A stretch of 63,744 bases of DNA, the filler included, from Octopus bimaculoides (taxonomy: Eukaryota), in NCBI RefSeq assembly GCF_001194135.2. It is 7 parts of 7 records of this genome, joined end to end, with 100 filler letters (N's around TTAATTAATTAA, not from the genome) between each part and the next. Parts side by side here need not be neighbours in the genome. Positions count along the whole stretch, not along the records: positions 1 to 21,998 come from NC_068993.1; positions 22,099 to 39,060 come from NC_069008.1; 5 more parts are not named here. The stretch is one strand, 5' to 3'. Of the stretch, positions 12,054-25,311 are shown one piece after another. The position numbers were made by a program, and so were the translations under genes. The notes below the pieces were generated by a model. The model ran no database searches, was not told the DNA's origin, and saw nothing but the letters and a program-made list of their open reading frames with translations. Each line of letters opens with the position of its first letter. The first letter of the stretch is position 1.

Positions 12054-15000
12054 TGTTATAATCCAACGTCGGACTGGTATAACGTCCGCTCAGGTATAGC
12101 AGTATAGTTAGACAAGTAAGATATGACTATCTATGAAAGACTATGTTTGTAACGACTAACATATACCACGCGTCACGTGGTGGAGTTCCATTGTCATTAT
12201 TATTATCCGCATACCTTCTCCCCTTTTAAGTTTTTTCTTAGGGAATGTAATTTCATGTCTTTTTATTAGCAATAATTTTTACACCACCCCACCTCCCTGT
12301 TTTGAGTCTTCTTTTTTACAGTTACAAATTTAATATTTGTTTTTGTTTGGCATCCACTTCCAGGAACTCCGTACATTTTCTTTTCCTTTCGCTTGTGTGT
12401 CTGGGTTCAATTACTTCTAGTGGCAATGGTACTTGAAAAGTATCATATAACCATTCTATTGGTTTTTCCATTTTCTTGGATTCGCTCTCAACGAATCTTT
12501 TTAAAATTGATTCATGTGTCTCTTATATGCCCCTTTTTTCTTTTTTAACAAGTATAGCATTTTTCTATGCGTTTGGTAATCACGCTATCTTCCCAACTTT
12601 GTTTTCCGCTCTTATATACCCTAACAAATACCTTTTCACCAATTTTGAAATATGTCGCTGTATTATCCATTCCAATTTTTCTTTTCTTTACCAGGTAGCA
12701 ATTTGTTGAAGACTGCTTTTATTTTCCTTACAAACATCGACTCCATTGGTGACATGCCTGGTGGTGTGTTTGGATTTGGTATCATACAGTATACTCTTTA
12801 GAATTGTTGTAGAGCTACCTCATCCGTAACTTCCTTATTCCACTTTCTTAGGGCTCACTTGAACGTATCGACAAAGCGTTCAGCTTGTCCATTAGATCTG
12901 GAATCTTATGGAGCTGTAATTACATGTTCTACAGCGAACGTTTTACAGAACTTTTTAAACTCAAAAGACACAAATTGCGTGTCTGGGACGCCAGAGCTAG
13001 CAAACAGCCTATGTAGAAAGTTTGTTGTAGGTGAGGGGTTGGCTTTTTACATTTACAAATTTCCGGCCATTTAGAGAAACTATCAAATACCACTAAGTAG
13101 TATGAAACTTTTAAGGGACCAGCGAAATCGATGTGTAGTCTCGACCACAGAGCATCTACTTTTGGCCAAGGTTCACTTTTAACGCCGGTAATTTTGCCGC
13201 AAGAGCACATCCTCTGCAGCCTTTCACTGAATTTTCGGTTTCGCTGTCCATTTTTGGTCAGTACACGTAAATAGGTATTAAAGCTTTCATCCTCCAAATA
13301 CCAGGATGTCCAGCATGGAATTCCCTCAGCGTTTTCTTTTGTAGTTTTCTGGTATTACTACTCCCTGTGCATACATCAGTACGCCATTATAAACTGAGTA
13401 GAGGTTCACGTCTTGGTTTCATTTCACACCAATCCCGTTCCTGTTTACTTTTCCTGTCCACAGTATTCTTTTTATTTCCGTAATGAATTTGTCGTTTTCC
13501 GCATTTCGTTTTATGTCTTCTAGGGTTACCGGTAATTCGGGTACCACATTCCACATTACATTTTCATTTCTGCTTCTGATCTTAATGGTGCGATTACCGT
13601 ATCTTCAAATGGCTCGCAGTGTTTCGGTACCAGCCTAGACGAACCATCCGTATGCCCTAGTTTTTTGACGGTAAATATTCCATCTTGTAATCATAATTCA
13701 ATAATGTAGTGCCCCGTCGCTGTGTGTGTTCGTATTCCTTTTTAATACCGCATATTGACAGTAGGGAGCGACGATCCTTTTGTAGATAGAAACTTCTTTC
13801 ATGAATAAATCTATGGAATTTTTTCCACACCAAATATGATTGCTAACGCTTCCTTTTCTATTTGACTATAGTTCCTTTCTGCTTGTAATACCGATCGTGA
13901 CTCATGGGCTATAGCCTTTGTACTCTGATCGTCATATTTGTGCAGATGTGCTGCTCATACACCGTAAGCACTCGCATCTGTAGTCTATATAACACCCAAC
14001 TTCGGACCAAAATGCTTTAAAGTGGAATGTTTCTGTCGTTATGTGAGCTTAAGCAATCATTCAACCCGTTGAAAAATCTGCACAAACACTTAACTTATTT
14101 TTCTTTTTTACGTAGACTGTAGGCACTGACCAATTTGAGTGGCCAGTCTTCTCGATTATCCCTAGGCTTTCAAGTCTTTCAAGTTCCTTATTTACCTGTT
14201 CTAGTGCCGCGAACGGTTCATTACGTTTTGGCTTAAATACAGGTGTTGCACTTTGTTTTACCAGAATTGTTGCCTTCGTTTTTGTGCAGCAGCCCAGTTC
14301 ATTCGAGAAATCATCTGGAAATAACTGTTGTAGTTTTCATTTCAATCCCCCAGCCCCATTCGAATCTTCGACTGAACCGACTATATTCCCACATAAAACA
14401 CTCCTGGGAGAATTCCACAATTTGAACAGTTCCATCCATTCTGTGCCGAATAGATTAACTGAAATTCTTAACACATACTTTTGACGATTTCATTTGGTCA
14501 CGAAATGTCACATTACACACAAATTCACCGACAAAATACAATCTTTTACCCATAACACCGTGTGCTACTTTCGTAGATTTACTTAATTTTGGCTTACCGA
14601 TATACTTCCAAGTTTCTCCATTTACAATGGTAATATCACTTCCAGTGTCTAACTGCATTTTTAATCTTATATTTTCAATTTTCACATTTACGAATTTCTT
14701 CTTTGTCTCACTACCATTTTCTTTCGACGACATCTTGTTTATTCTTTTTTCCTCGTCCAGTGTTTTGTCATCTTGGTTTTACAGAGCACTTTTACATGTC
14801 CAATTTTTCCACAACAGAAACACTCCACTTTCTCAAATGGGCAGTTTTCTCTCAGGTGTAGACCTCCATATGCAAAACATGGGTTTGTTTCCTGACTTTT
14901 GTCCCGTTAGTACTGTATTTTAGTACACTCTTGATTTCTATTCTGTCTGTTTTGCACTTGTTTCACTTGGGAGCAATCTTTATGTTCATTTTTTTTCTGT

Positions 15001-15981
15001 GTCATGTCTTAAATTTACTATTCTTTCACACTCTTCTGACACTTGTTGTAAAGTTCCAACTTGGCTTTGTTCCAGCTTAGCGAGAATTCTTGTTCTTACT
15101 TCTGCGTTTTTTCTGCAGTTAGTCCTTGAGTAAATAGCAGACACTTGAACATATCTGGCGTTAATTCGTCCATTTGAATTTTTCACATTCTCTGTTAACT
15201 CTTCCAGCATATGTGATGTAGTTCTCCTCGTTGATCTTTTCTAGATTCAAGCATTTTCAGCGTGTTTTGAACAACGAGTATTTCGCGCTAAAAATTTTAC
15301 ACAAAATGTCTATTGTATTTCTAAAGTTTATGTTAGAAGGGTTTTCGGGAGTACGTTTTGTTAGAATTAGACACGTTTTCATATCGTCGTCCCAATATTT
15401 GCACTCTTTAGTACGCCTCAAAGTAACCTCTTCGTCTGGTTCATACTTAAATTCCATCATTGAGTTAGCAACACAATTTGGCTAGAACATCTTTTCAGCA
15501 TTTTTGGACGGCTTACTATTCATTAATTGCAGCATCTGTTATTGTAATAGCAATTGTTGTTGTTGTTCTTGCAGTAGTAATTGTTGTTGTTCTTGCTGTT
15601 GTTGTTCCTGCTGTTACTTTTCCGGCAGTTGTTGTTACTGCTGTTTCTGCAGTTCGAACAAACCAGCCAACAATTATTCTATAATTTTAGGGCTTTGTAT
15701 ACCGTAAATTTCGCACAGGAAACTCTTGTGAATTTCGTAACTCCTTGTGAGTTTGTTTAATCCTCGTGAGTTTGTTAATTCCTCGTCGCCACTGTTGTAA
15801 TCCAACGCCAGACTGTTATAACGTCCACTCGGGTATAGCAGTATAGTTAGTTAGACAAGTAAGACTCGACTGTCTCTGACCGACTACTCCGACTTCTCGA
15901 CGTCACAGCATTTATAACGATTACCACATACCACTCTCCTCGTGGGAGGGATGATCCATTATTATTGTTATCCACATAACA
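12054..15981 (-). mobile_element. Gypsy (Mag-like) LTR retrotransposon with most of RT deleted
   Basis: LTRs at 12054-~12214 and 15793-15981. GTTAC TSD at 12049-12053 and 15982-15986. PBS-like TGGCGACGAGG at 15791-15781 and PPT AAAAGGGGAGAAG next to the 3' LTR. Protease QLDTGSD, RNase [21 protein letters not shown], integrase WSRLHIDFAGPLKVSYYLVVFDSFSKWPE. Confidence 0.92.
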
Positions 15982-16284
15982 GTTACAAATATAAAGAAAT
16001 ATTCCTCTTTCACCTCTTCATGTGTAAGGGAGCTAAAACAGTGACTGAAATGAAATTCCAAACTCAAATCGTAAATTAATACTAACTACCGAAATTATTG
16101 ATACTTCCACCGTCTGTTACTCTGGTGTACTTTGCTTTATGTTGTAACAATTCTAAATTGAAATTAAAATTTTGATAAATTTAATAGATTTAAAGCTTTT
16201 TAAAATAATTCTCTCCTTTCTAATAACCGATTATTCGCTTTAGTTTATAATCTGCCGCTAACTCTTATTCTTTTATGCTAATTA

Positions 16285-18945
16285 CACTGGGTAATACAAG
16301 CTTTGCTTCTCTAAATGTGCTTAGTTTTCTCCTGATATCAAAAATACTCATGAAAATTCCATAGTATCAATATTTTAGGAGATAACTGCGTTTTTCTAGA
16401 GAATGGGAACAAATTTAGCTGCTATAGTACTGTATTCAACTTATTCACATTGTACATTAATAGGAACTGAAAATATTTTGTCCAAATATTTATTTTTAAA
16501 CTAATGAGACATGTGAGCAAAACGATGATGAGATTCTAATAATATTTTACGAGAAATGCACCGAAGATCGTGCTCTCCTACTTTGAGCTCCTATATCTTT
16601 ACGCAACAATGACTATATATAGTCTCCCATCATTGCAGTGTCCCATCTTCCTTAGTATATTTTCTCCATTGTAGCAATGTCTTGATGGAATCTCCTCGCT
16701 CACTTGACCTAAGCTTTCATGAAAAAGTCTAAATGCGAATGCAAAAAGTGTAATTTTAATGACATCCTACTGCCAAAGTTCTTATAACTCTCAATAGGTT
16801 TTGCTACGAGCTGCTTGTAGTTTGGGTCTTTGTTATTACCAAGGAATCCATTTACAATACCTCAAAATGCACACCGTACCTCTCTTTCTAGATCACTCAT
16901 CACATTTTCAAGTTTTACTGACCTCGGCATTTTCCTTACTTGTGGTCCAGTAAATATACCATCTTTAACTTTTGCCTCTTTGGAAAGAGTAGACGAATGT
17001 CTTGAAATGCTTCTCCACCACGATCTAAAGCCGTTACAAATTATTTGACAAAACCCAGCTTTATGTGAAGTGGAGTTAACAACACTTTTGCAGGTTCTAC
17101 AAGAGGTTGTTTTATGACATTTAGCTTTCCTGACTGGAGGTCATCTCTTAGAGGCAACGCAGCCTTTTGGTAATGTTCATGATCAGCCCTACTGTCCCTT
17201 TGGCAAAGAAAACACAAATACTTAGTGTACCCATCCGGTAATCCAAGTAATAAGGCAAGCATTTTAAAGTCACCACAAATATCCCATTTAAACTTATAAT
17301 TTACTTTCTCAAGAAGCTCTTTTACATTGTCATATTCTTCCTTCATCTGTACCGAGTATGCAATAGACGGAGATGGATGCTGATTTCCATTGTGTAATAA
17401 AGCGGTTTTGAAGCTTTTTGTTCAGCTATCTATGAAACTCTGCCATTCTTCAGGGTTGTGATCAGTTCCAATAACTGTAAACAAGCCACTTATTTCTTTG
17501 CAGAAGCAGGGATCCTCACTTATGTCAAAGTATACTTCAAATTCCTCATGGCGCCTCCTGTATAATGTTAACCTGTAGTCCTTCCCCAAGAGATTCCACT
17601 ACTGGCTCCTGGCTCAAATGATTCATCCATATCTTCGTTGTCATCACCCCCAGACTCTCCTGCGGAGACCTCCATCATATTCTCTACCTGAAACATTTGA
17701 GAGGTTGCATTTAATAGTTGAAACCTTAATATGAATTTTATGTGTAATCACATATTATTTTAATATTGATTCTGTTACCATGAATGAAATTTAGATTTGT
17801 TATTAACATTTTGATAGGATGTACTAACATTTTCTGGCGGCCGTGGAACTGCTAAGTTATCATCATGTGTCACAGATGCGATGGAGGATTGAATGTTGGG
17901 ATATGGAAGGGCTTTTCTTCCCTTAACTCTTCTGTAGTTTGATATATCAACTATGCAAAAATAGCAATCATCGTGATGATTTTTTGGCTCTCGCCAAACT
18001 CTTGGAACAGCAAAAAAGCATTGCTTTTCTTGTACCACTAAGCCATCCACCTATATTCGATCTACAAGTTCCACATATTACATGAGGAGCCCATGGTTTT
18101 CCTTGTTCACCCATACTAATTCCAAAATACAGTCTATGAACAATATAGTACTTAACACCTTTCACAATTTTGTATGCTACATGCTTTCTTCAAACATAGT
18201 ATCCACACACATAGCGGAATATATTTGGTGAAGTTTTGCAGCCTTTTGTAACCATGGTCAGGAAAATTCGATGTTTACAATAAAAACCTGAAAATGAAAG
18301 AAAGGTAAATGCCAAATGTACAGTGCTCGTAATCAAACAGTGATCAAACAGGTATAGTCCCAAAACCAAATGGAATGCCGGACAAAAGATGGAGGGATGA
18401 GAGTCACAAAAGTGCAACACTTCCTTTCACTATCAATGGTAGCCACGAGAGCACTGAGGCGTCTCTGTTGAGTTTCCTGTGTGTAGCAGAAAGCGGTGAC
18501 GACACTGCCTTTTCATTTAATCCTTTCAATATTTTTATACGAATGACTGAGTTAAAATATAAACTTTAGGAATGAATGTTTTATTACTAGAGTAGAAAAA
18601 TATGTTTTACAGCAAGAGTTACGTTACGCAACAACCTGTGATCAAGTGATGTTAGAGCTTTTGTTTATGCAGACAGTTTCCAGATGTATGATGATATGTG
18701 ATTTATTATAATATGTATGATGTATGATGTTTGTATGATGTATGATGATATGTATGATGTATGATGTATGAGGATATGTAATGTATGAAGATGTGTGTAT
18801 ATTAGCATAATTCGATATATCTCACAAACGGTCAATGATAGAGAAAAAATAAGCACATTTTTTTGGAATGACAACAAAATTCTGCATTAAAATCACTCAA
18901 AGCAATGAGACAACCAACACTTTTGTGAAAATTTGTAACCCAGTG
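16285..18945 (-). mobile_element. Full-length Chapaev3-like DNA transposon, decayed transposase
   Basis: Termini CACTGGGTAATACAA and TTGTAACCCAGTG are each flanked by TTA. Zinc-finger-like motifs PWAPHVICGTC and WREPKNHHDDCYFC, plus WDICGDFKMLALLLGL..GYTKYLCFLC and PLHIKLGFVK. Confidence 0.85.
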
Positions 18946-19859
18946 TTATATTCAATTTTGAATAATTGCCATTATCATAAACTTACTGCCCGTTATAGTT
19001 TTCATTATTTCCCTTTAAGTACACCCACAAATAATTCTCGAGTTACTTTAGCAGTCCATTTACCCTTGTTCATTGTTGAATAAGGCTTGCTTTATATTAC
19101 TCACACATAGTCTTGTCAAGTCAACATGACGTTTATGTACGTACTGCATCATGAATTTGCTGCTTTCTCAGTATTAATTCCATTTTTGTCGTCTAGAGAA
19201 GCTGTTACGCTCGTGAACTCAAAGTAACTAAATATATAACTCAACTGGAACAAATTAATTATACTTTACATGTATTGATTACTATTTCTCCCGTTTTTCA
19301 GCTAATTTACATACATATATGCATATATATGTGTGTATGTGTGTGTGTTTGTATGTGTGTGTATGTGCATATGCATTAAATTATTTATCGATTATTTTTG
19401 AATAAAGATACGAAAACAAGAAATCAATAGATTTATGCCAAGGAAACTTTGCAAGCTATGTCAGAAGTAAGGAAATTAAATTTTGAACAATAAACTTCAA
19501 AACTTAAGCAAAAACGGGACATGGAATATCATAATATCTTCTCTTGTATTGTAATAACTAATTCTGCTTTGGTCAGAGTCGCAATACTCACACACACATT
19601 CACATAGTCATACATACAGACATACACACACACATATCATACATATACTCATTCGCACGCATACACATTCACATAACATCTTAGAGCATACTATACAATT
19701 CAAATGAGTCCAGTCGGGTTCAATTCTCCGTTTGCTAGTTATTGCATCTGACTTCGCTCATATTTCTAATACTATCGAAATAATAGAATGTCACACTGTC
19801 CATTTTGTCAGGATTTTGAATTCATTCAATTTACATAATGATGATGGATACGTTTATTG

Positions 19860-20750
19860 TATGAAAACTTCGAATGTCAAGTTATACACAACAATAAACT
19901 GATAGATCCCAAGAACGACAGAAAAATATAAACACAACTCAATTAGAAGATTTAGATTATGCAGAGGATATTCGTTTGTTCTCATACACGCTTCGAGTTA
20001 CAAGACAAATCAGAAAGACTTAGTCAAATAGACAACACCATAAGTGTATGCGCGTTAAGAAAATCGACGATGAGAAAACGCACACTTCTTGTAAACATAT
20101 AACAGATGCTAGTTATATGACCAATCGCAAATGTTGATGAATTTAAACTATCTAGGCACCAAAATAACAATGTATGGAGACAGCATTCATGAAATAAATA
20201 CAAGAATCTGTAAAGCCAACCAATCAGTCGGTATGTTAAACTCAATATGGGAAACACGAATACTCAGCAAGAGCACTAAAATCCGATTTTACAAAGCCAA
20301 CATGCTTAGCATCCTCCTGTATGGATCCAAGTGTTGGAAAACAACCAAAAGTATTGAAAAGAAATTAATTGGAGGTGTTTCAAATTAAATGTTTACGAAA
20401 CATTTTGAAGCTCTACTGGCCGAATATAATCTCGAATAGCCAACTACACACCAAAGCTAAAGTGAAACCAATAAAAGAAACTATTGAAGCAAGGAGATAG
20501 AAATGGTTGAGTCGAGTTTGTCGCTATAAATCGAACTCAGTTGTCAAGATCGTTTTGCAATGGGTTCCAGAAGGTAAAAGAAGACGTGGCAAACCAAAGG
20601 AAACGTAGCAGAGAACAATAACAAAAGATCTTAAAGCAGAGGGTTAACAATGGAACAAGCTGTCAAGGACGCTTTCAGTATAAGAAGCTGGAATGATCTT
20701 GCTGTCGCTTCAAGTACCGCAGGACACAATAAGAACCGAATGAATGAATG
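19860..20750 (+). mobile_element. RTE-clade LINE 3' fragment with (GAAT)n tail
   Basis: QLEDLDYAEDI, EINTRICKANQSVGMLNSIW, KIRFYKANMLSILLYGSKCW and WVPEGKRRRGKPKET. Ends GAATGAATGAATG. Confidence 0.85.
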
Positions 20751-22042
20751 TTGCTCAGTTTAACATCATGAACAGCACTTCTCTGTCTTTTGCTGAGTGC
20801 ATTCTGTTGCAGACATTCAGTTCAGATCTGTTTGACAAGGTGCTGTATTCTATTCTACCCCTCTCACTATGTCTCTAAGTGTAACTCACCAGAGTTCTAG
20901 TCTATGGGTAGATAGTTCAATATTTTCTTGCATTGCTTCTTAACAAATCAGCAACTCATGATCTGTAGTTCCATGCTCCCTTTCTCATACAAGGCTATGC
21001 CAAAGGTCAATGTCACCACTCTATTTGTCAAGGCTATAAAATAAACCATAAAAATATATAAAACAGATATAATTTGACTCCGTACAAGAAACTTTATAAG
21101 CGTTCTGTCGATTACAATAATGGTTGTAATCTGATCATACACGATATTGATTTCTAACATAGGCTCAGGAGTAAAACCTCATTAGGGTGACGTGTATGCG
21201 GGTTGAGAAAATCGATTAAGTACAAGATTTTTTACTGTTTAGATAAGGAGGGAGAAGAAAGGTGTCATGTTCCTTTTTTTTAAGAACCTCTGAGAGTGTC
21301 GGGAGCAAGAAACGTGGAATGATTGCCTGCAATAAAGAGAATTTCACCTACAATATCCAAGGACTAGGTAAAATAGAACATTTATGCGCAAGAAAGAATG
21401 CCACAAAGCATCTTTGCAACAGTTCAACAATTCCTTAATCCCCTTCTCAGGACTATTCAATTATTGATTCCTAAAGGAGAAAAGGTAAAGTCAACTTTGA
21501 CCTCGGAATGTAGACAACCAGAGCAAAGTAAACATTTTCTTCTACAGATTGACGATTGTATTGGCACAGTCATGTCAAGTGAACTCTGTTGAGATTTAAA
21601 TTCACATAAGAGAAGTAGAAACAAAATACTGCAAGACAATTTCTCACTTAGAAGGAATATAAACAATGGAGTGGGAGAGGGAGAGAAAAAGGGGGAATGA
21701 GAGAAATATATATCATATATGCTTACAAAGATACATAAATGCCTATATATATAAAGATATATAATAGTTCAGTTATTGGGATTTCTATTATTATATATTT
21801 TGTATATTTCTATATAAATATATTATAATCATGACCCCATTGCACGATATGCTGATGTGGAATACACAGTATATATTTTTCATATTAAAATGCATGTAAT
21901 GCTAAAGCGGTGTACCTGATCTATTTGGAAACTCATTTTCCCACATTATTCAAATTAATATATATATATATTAATATATATATATATTAGTACAATTANN
22001 NNNNNNNNNNNNNNNNNNNNNNNNNNNNNNNNNNNNNNNNNN

Positions 22043-22054
22043 TTAATTAATTAA
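22043..22054. other. TTAATTAATTAA assembly linker between N runs (also near 39105, 47861, 54112, 57130 and 61375)
   Basis: The same 12-mer is always embedded in N runs and encodes stops in all six frames. Confidence 0.9.
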
Positions 22055-22098
22055 NNNNNNNNNNNNNNNNNNNNNNNNNNNNNNNNNNNNNNNNNNNN

Positions 22099-22130
<32 letters not shown>

Positions 22131-22279
22131 ATCAATATTGATCAAGCGTTCTTATTTTGTTTGAAAATCTCTTAATTATATATTTTGTGTTAAACCATAC
22201 AATGTTGACTTATTATTTTGAATCCTTTACCACACATCTGCTCAATACTGTTTCTGATTATCTCTCTTTGATGTTTCAG

Positions 22280-22351
22280 GGATTTGAGTAGTAATAATAT
22301 CGGAAAGATTCCAAAAGAAATCTTCCAAAACTTGACCAGTTTAATGTACTT
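22280..22351 (+). CDS. Leucine-rich-repeat exon 1 (72 nt, phase 2-2): DLSSNNIGKIPKEIFQNLTSLMY(L)
   Basis: TTTCAG acceptor and GTAAGT donor; one 24-aa typical-class LRR unit. Confidence 0.85.
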
Positions 22352-22489
22352 GTAAGTAGGATCAATCTTATCGATAGTTTTTCACATCTCTAAATTTTTA
22401 ATGTCTTTTCTACCACTTCCCACTTTCTTCATTTCTGTCTATTTACCTAATTATTTCCTTCCTTGGTATGTATTCGATGGTGAGCTTGT

Positions 22490-22610
22490 GGGATCGTTAA
22501 GATGCTGGACAACATGCTTAACGGCATTTCGTCTGTCTTTGAATTCTGTGATCAAATTCTGCTGAGGTCGATTCTGCCTTCCATTGTTTCAGGGTTGATA
22601 AAATAAATAT
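22490..22610 (+). mobile_element. SINE family B fragment
   Basis: ATGCTTAACGGCATTTCGTC...AAATTCTGCTGAGGTCGA...GATAAAATAA, similar to 40881-41100. Confidence 0.6.
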
Positions 22611-22775
22611 CAGTTTAACACTGAGCATTATCAAGTCTTCGAAAAATTCCGGCCTTATTTGAATTCCAGGGCATGTGATCTACCTATGTGGCAAAAACCA
22701 TTAAAATCGGATGGACAGTGTGGGAGGAGTTACAGTAACCCCAACACACAGACAGCCACATTACATATTTATGTA

Positions 22776-22807
<32 letters not shown>

Positions 22808-23219
22808 CGGCAAGAAGAAGATGGAGGGGATCAAGAGGTATATATAGAAGTGTTTATATATGTATGTATTTATATTTATAATTTAGCCTTATGAACTTTC
22901 TAAAGTCTCTGACGAAGCCCAGAGGCACACCCAAGTACCTTAATTTTATCTACCAAACATTACAGTTCACTTAAGAGATGGAAGTAAAGTGGGGGTACTG
23001 TGACCTCTTGGCTGAAACAGCTGTAAGAAACTATTCTACTTTCTATATTCTACATTCTATATTCTAATAATTACTGGTATTTTTTAAATAAAGCATAGTT
23101 TATTATACATGTATGTATATTATTGTAATTGTTTTTTTTTAAATAAATAAATAGACATAATATAATATCTAAAAGTTAATGAATACCACCTCTTGATCCC
23201 CTCCATTTTCTTACTGCCG
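22808..23219. mobile_element. TA-flanked MITE-like element with ~32-bp TIRs
   Basis: TA|CGGCAAGAAGAAGATGGAGGGGATCAAGAGGT at the left end; the right end reverse-complements to TA|CGGCAGTAAGAAAATGGAGGGGATCAAGAGGT (3 mismatches). Confidence 0.7.
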
Positions 23220-23416
23220 TATAAATTAAGGGTAAAACAAGGTTTTACCCTCACCCATTTATTACATTCAGTAGTGTAATTGCCATGCAATGAAAAAACA
23301 CTTCTTTGTATTAATAATTGGGTATCCTTCCAGCAGCATATTGGATAGATATTATCCCTTAGTTGGTTGGACTCACCTCTAACTTTCTTGGAATTACACA
23401 CACACACACACACACA

Positions 23417-23452
<36 letters not shown>

Positions 23453-23937
23453 NNNNNNNNNNNNNNNNNNNNNNNNNNNNNNNNNNNNNNNNNNNNNNNN
23501 NNNNNNNNNNNNNNNNNNNNNNNNNNNNNNNNNNNNNNNNNNNNNNNNNNNNNNNNNNNNNNNNNNNNNNNNNNNNNNNNNNNNNNNNNNNNNNNNNNNN
23601 NNNNNNNNNNNNNNNNNNNNNNNNNNNNNNNNNNNNNNNNNNNNNNNNNNNNNNNNNNNNNNNNNNNNNNNNNNNNNNNNNNNNNNNNNNNNNNNNNNNN
23701 NNNNNNNNNNNNNNNNNNNNNNNNNNNNNNNNNNNNNNNNNNNNNNNNNNNNNNNNNNNNNNNNNNNNNNNNNNNNNNNNNNNNNNNNNNNNNNNNNNNN
23801 NNNNNNNNNNNNNNNNNNNNNNNNNNNNNNNNNNNNNNNNNNNNNNNNNNNNNNNNNNNNNNNNNNNNNNNNNNNNNNNNNNNNNNNNNNNNNNNNNNNN
23901 NNNNNNNNNNNNNNNNNNNNNNNNNNNNNNNNNNNNN

Positions 23938-24082
23938 TGGTAAGAAGCTTTCTTCCCAACGACATGGCTCCGGGTTCAGTCTCACTGGGCGGCACTTTGG
24001 GCAAATACCTTCTACTATAGTCTTGGGACGACCAAAATCTTGGTAGTGGATTTGGTAGACGGAAACTAAAAAGAAGTCCGTC

Positions 24083-24116
<34 letters not shown>

Positions 24117-24305
24117 GTGTGTTTGTGTTTGTCCCCCGCCATTGCTTGACAACCGTCCCCATAACTTAGCTATTCGGCAAAAGAGACCGATAGAATAAGT
24201 ACTAGGCTTACAAAGAATAATTCCTGGATCAATTTCTTCGACTAAAGGCGGTGCTCCAGCATGGAGACAGTCAAAATGACTGAAACAAGTAAAAGAATAA
24301 AAGAA
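23938..24305 (+). mobile_element. SINE family A, near full length
   Basis: TGGTAAGAAGCTT...GGGTTCAGTC...GGCAAATACCTTCTACTATAG...GACTAAAGGCGGTGCTCCAGCATG. Confidence 0.85.
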
Positions 24306-24339
24306 TATGCTACATAACCTACCCCAAATACAAAGAAAA

Positions 24340-24555
24340 TTAAATGGCGAAACCAACAAATCCCTTTATTAATGTGCAAGAATCCACAGACAACACATCA
24401 GAAAAAGCGAACTACGTAAGATTCTCTAAGCATCTGGAAATATGTGAAAACAGCAAATTCAAGATCATTCCCTCCGACGATTGCCCAAGGGATGATCCAA
24501 TTACCAGAAGGCAATGGAACTACATTTTATCGAGAATTTCTTGCGTAAACTAATC
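24340..24555 (+). mobile_element. Penelope-like GIY-YIG 3' fragment, decayed
   Basis: Frameshifted translation TNKSL..RIHRQHIRKSELRKI / KHLEICENSKFKII. Confidence 0.5.
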
Positions 24556-25311
24556 GTATAAAAAAGAAAAATACATTTGTAATCACATGAGAAATCCCTA
24601 TTTAAAAAAAAAATTAGCATACCAGATGAACCAAATCAGATTAGTACTGGATATTATTTTTAATAATATTATTCCGTTTGACCTTGCCTTTCATCTTTTC
24701 GGGGTCGATAAAATAAGTGCCAGATGTAGACTGGGGTCAATGTAATCGACTTGACCCCTTCCCCAAAACTGCTGCCCTTGTGGCAAAATTTGAAACCATT
24801 ATTTTTAAGAATATTCTCGTTACAATTACTAAAATAACTGGAAAAATTCACTTAAGCAATCAACACACAGCGCACGCACGTACACACACAGACACACAGA
24901 AACAAACACGTACACACACAAACACGCACGCACACACACACATACAGACACACTTGATCACACACACTTAAACACACACGCCTTTTAAAAGGCTTTCAAA
25001 GCATTTTGATAGATTCTATTTTTACAGTTGGGTAGCATGACAACTCACCATATGTACAAAAGCCGACTCTTTGGACTGTCATTAATTTCAGCTATCGCCC
25101 AAAAGACCCCTTCATACAGTTGTGTAACCCAAATACAATGCAATTTTAACGATCCCTGAAAAACTCCATTCTTTCTTTCTTTCTTTCTTTCTTCTGTTTC
25201 ATTCTCTTTATTCATCGCATACACATACAACTTCACGCACGCACATACACATACACAAAAATACACACACACACACACACACACACGCGTATATATATTC
25301 TTTTTTATTCT

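Noticed and set aside
22043-22054. Recurrent TTAATTAATTAA motif at regular-looking positions
   Set aside because: It is always enclosed by Ns and encodes six-frame stops, so it is an assembly linker rather than a biological repeat or CRISPR-like array.
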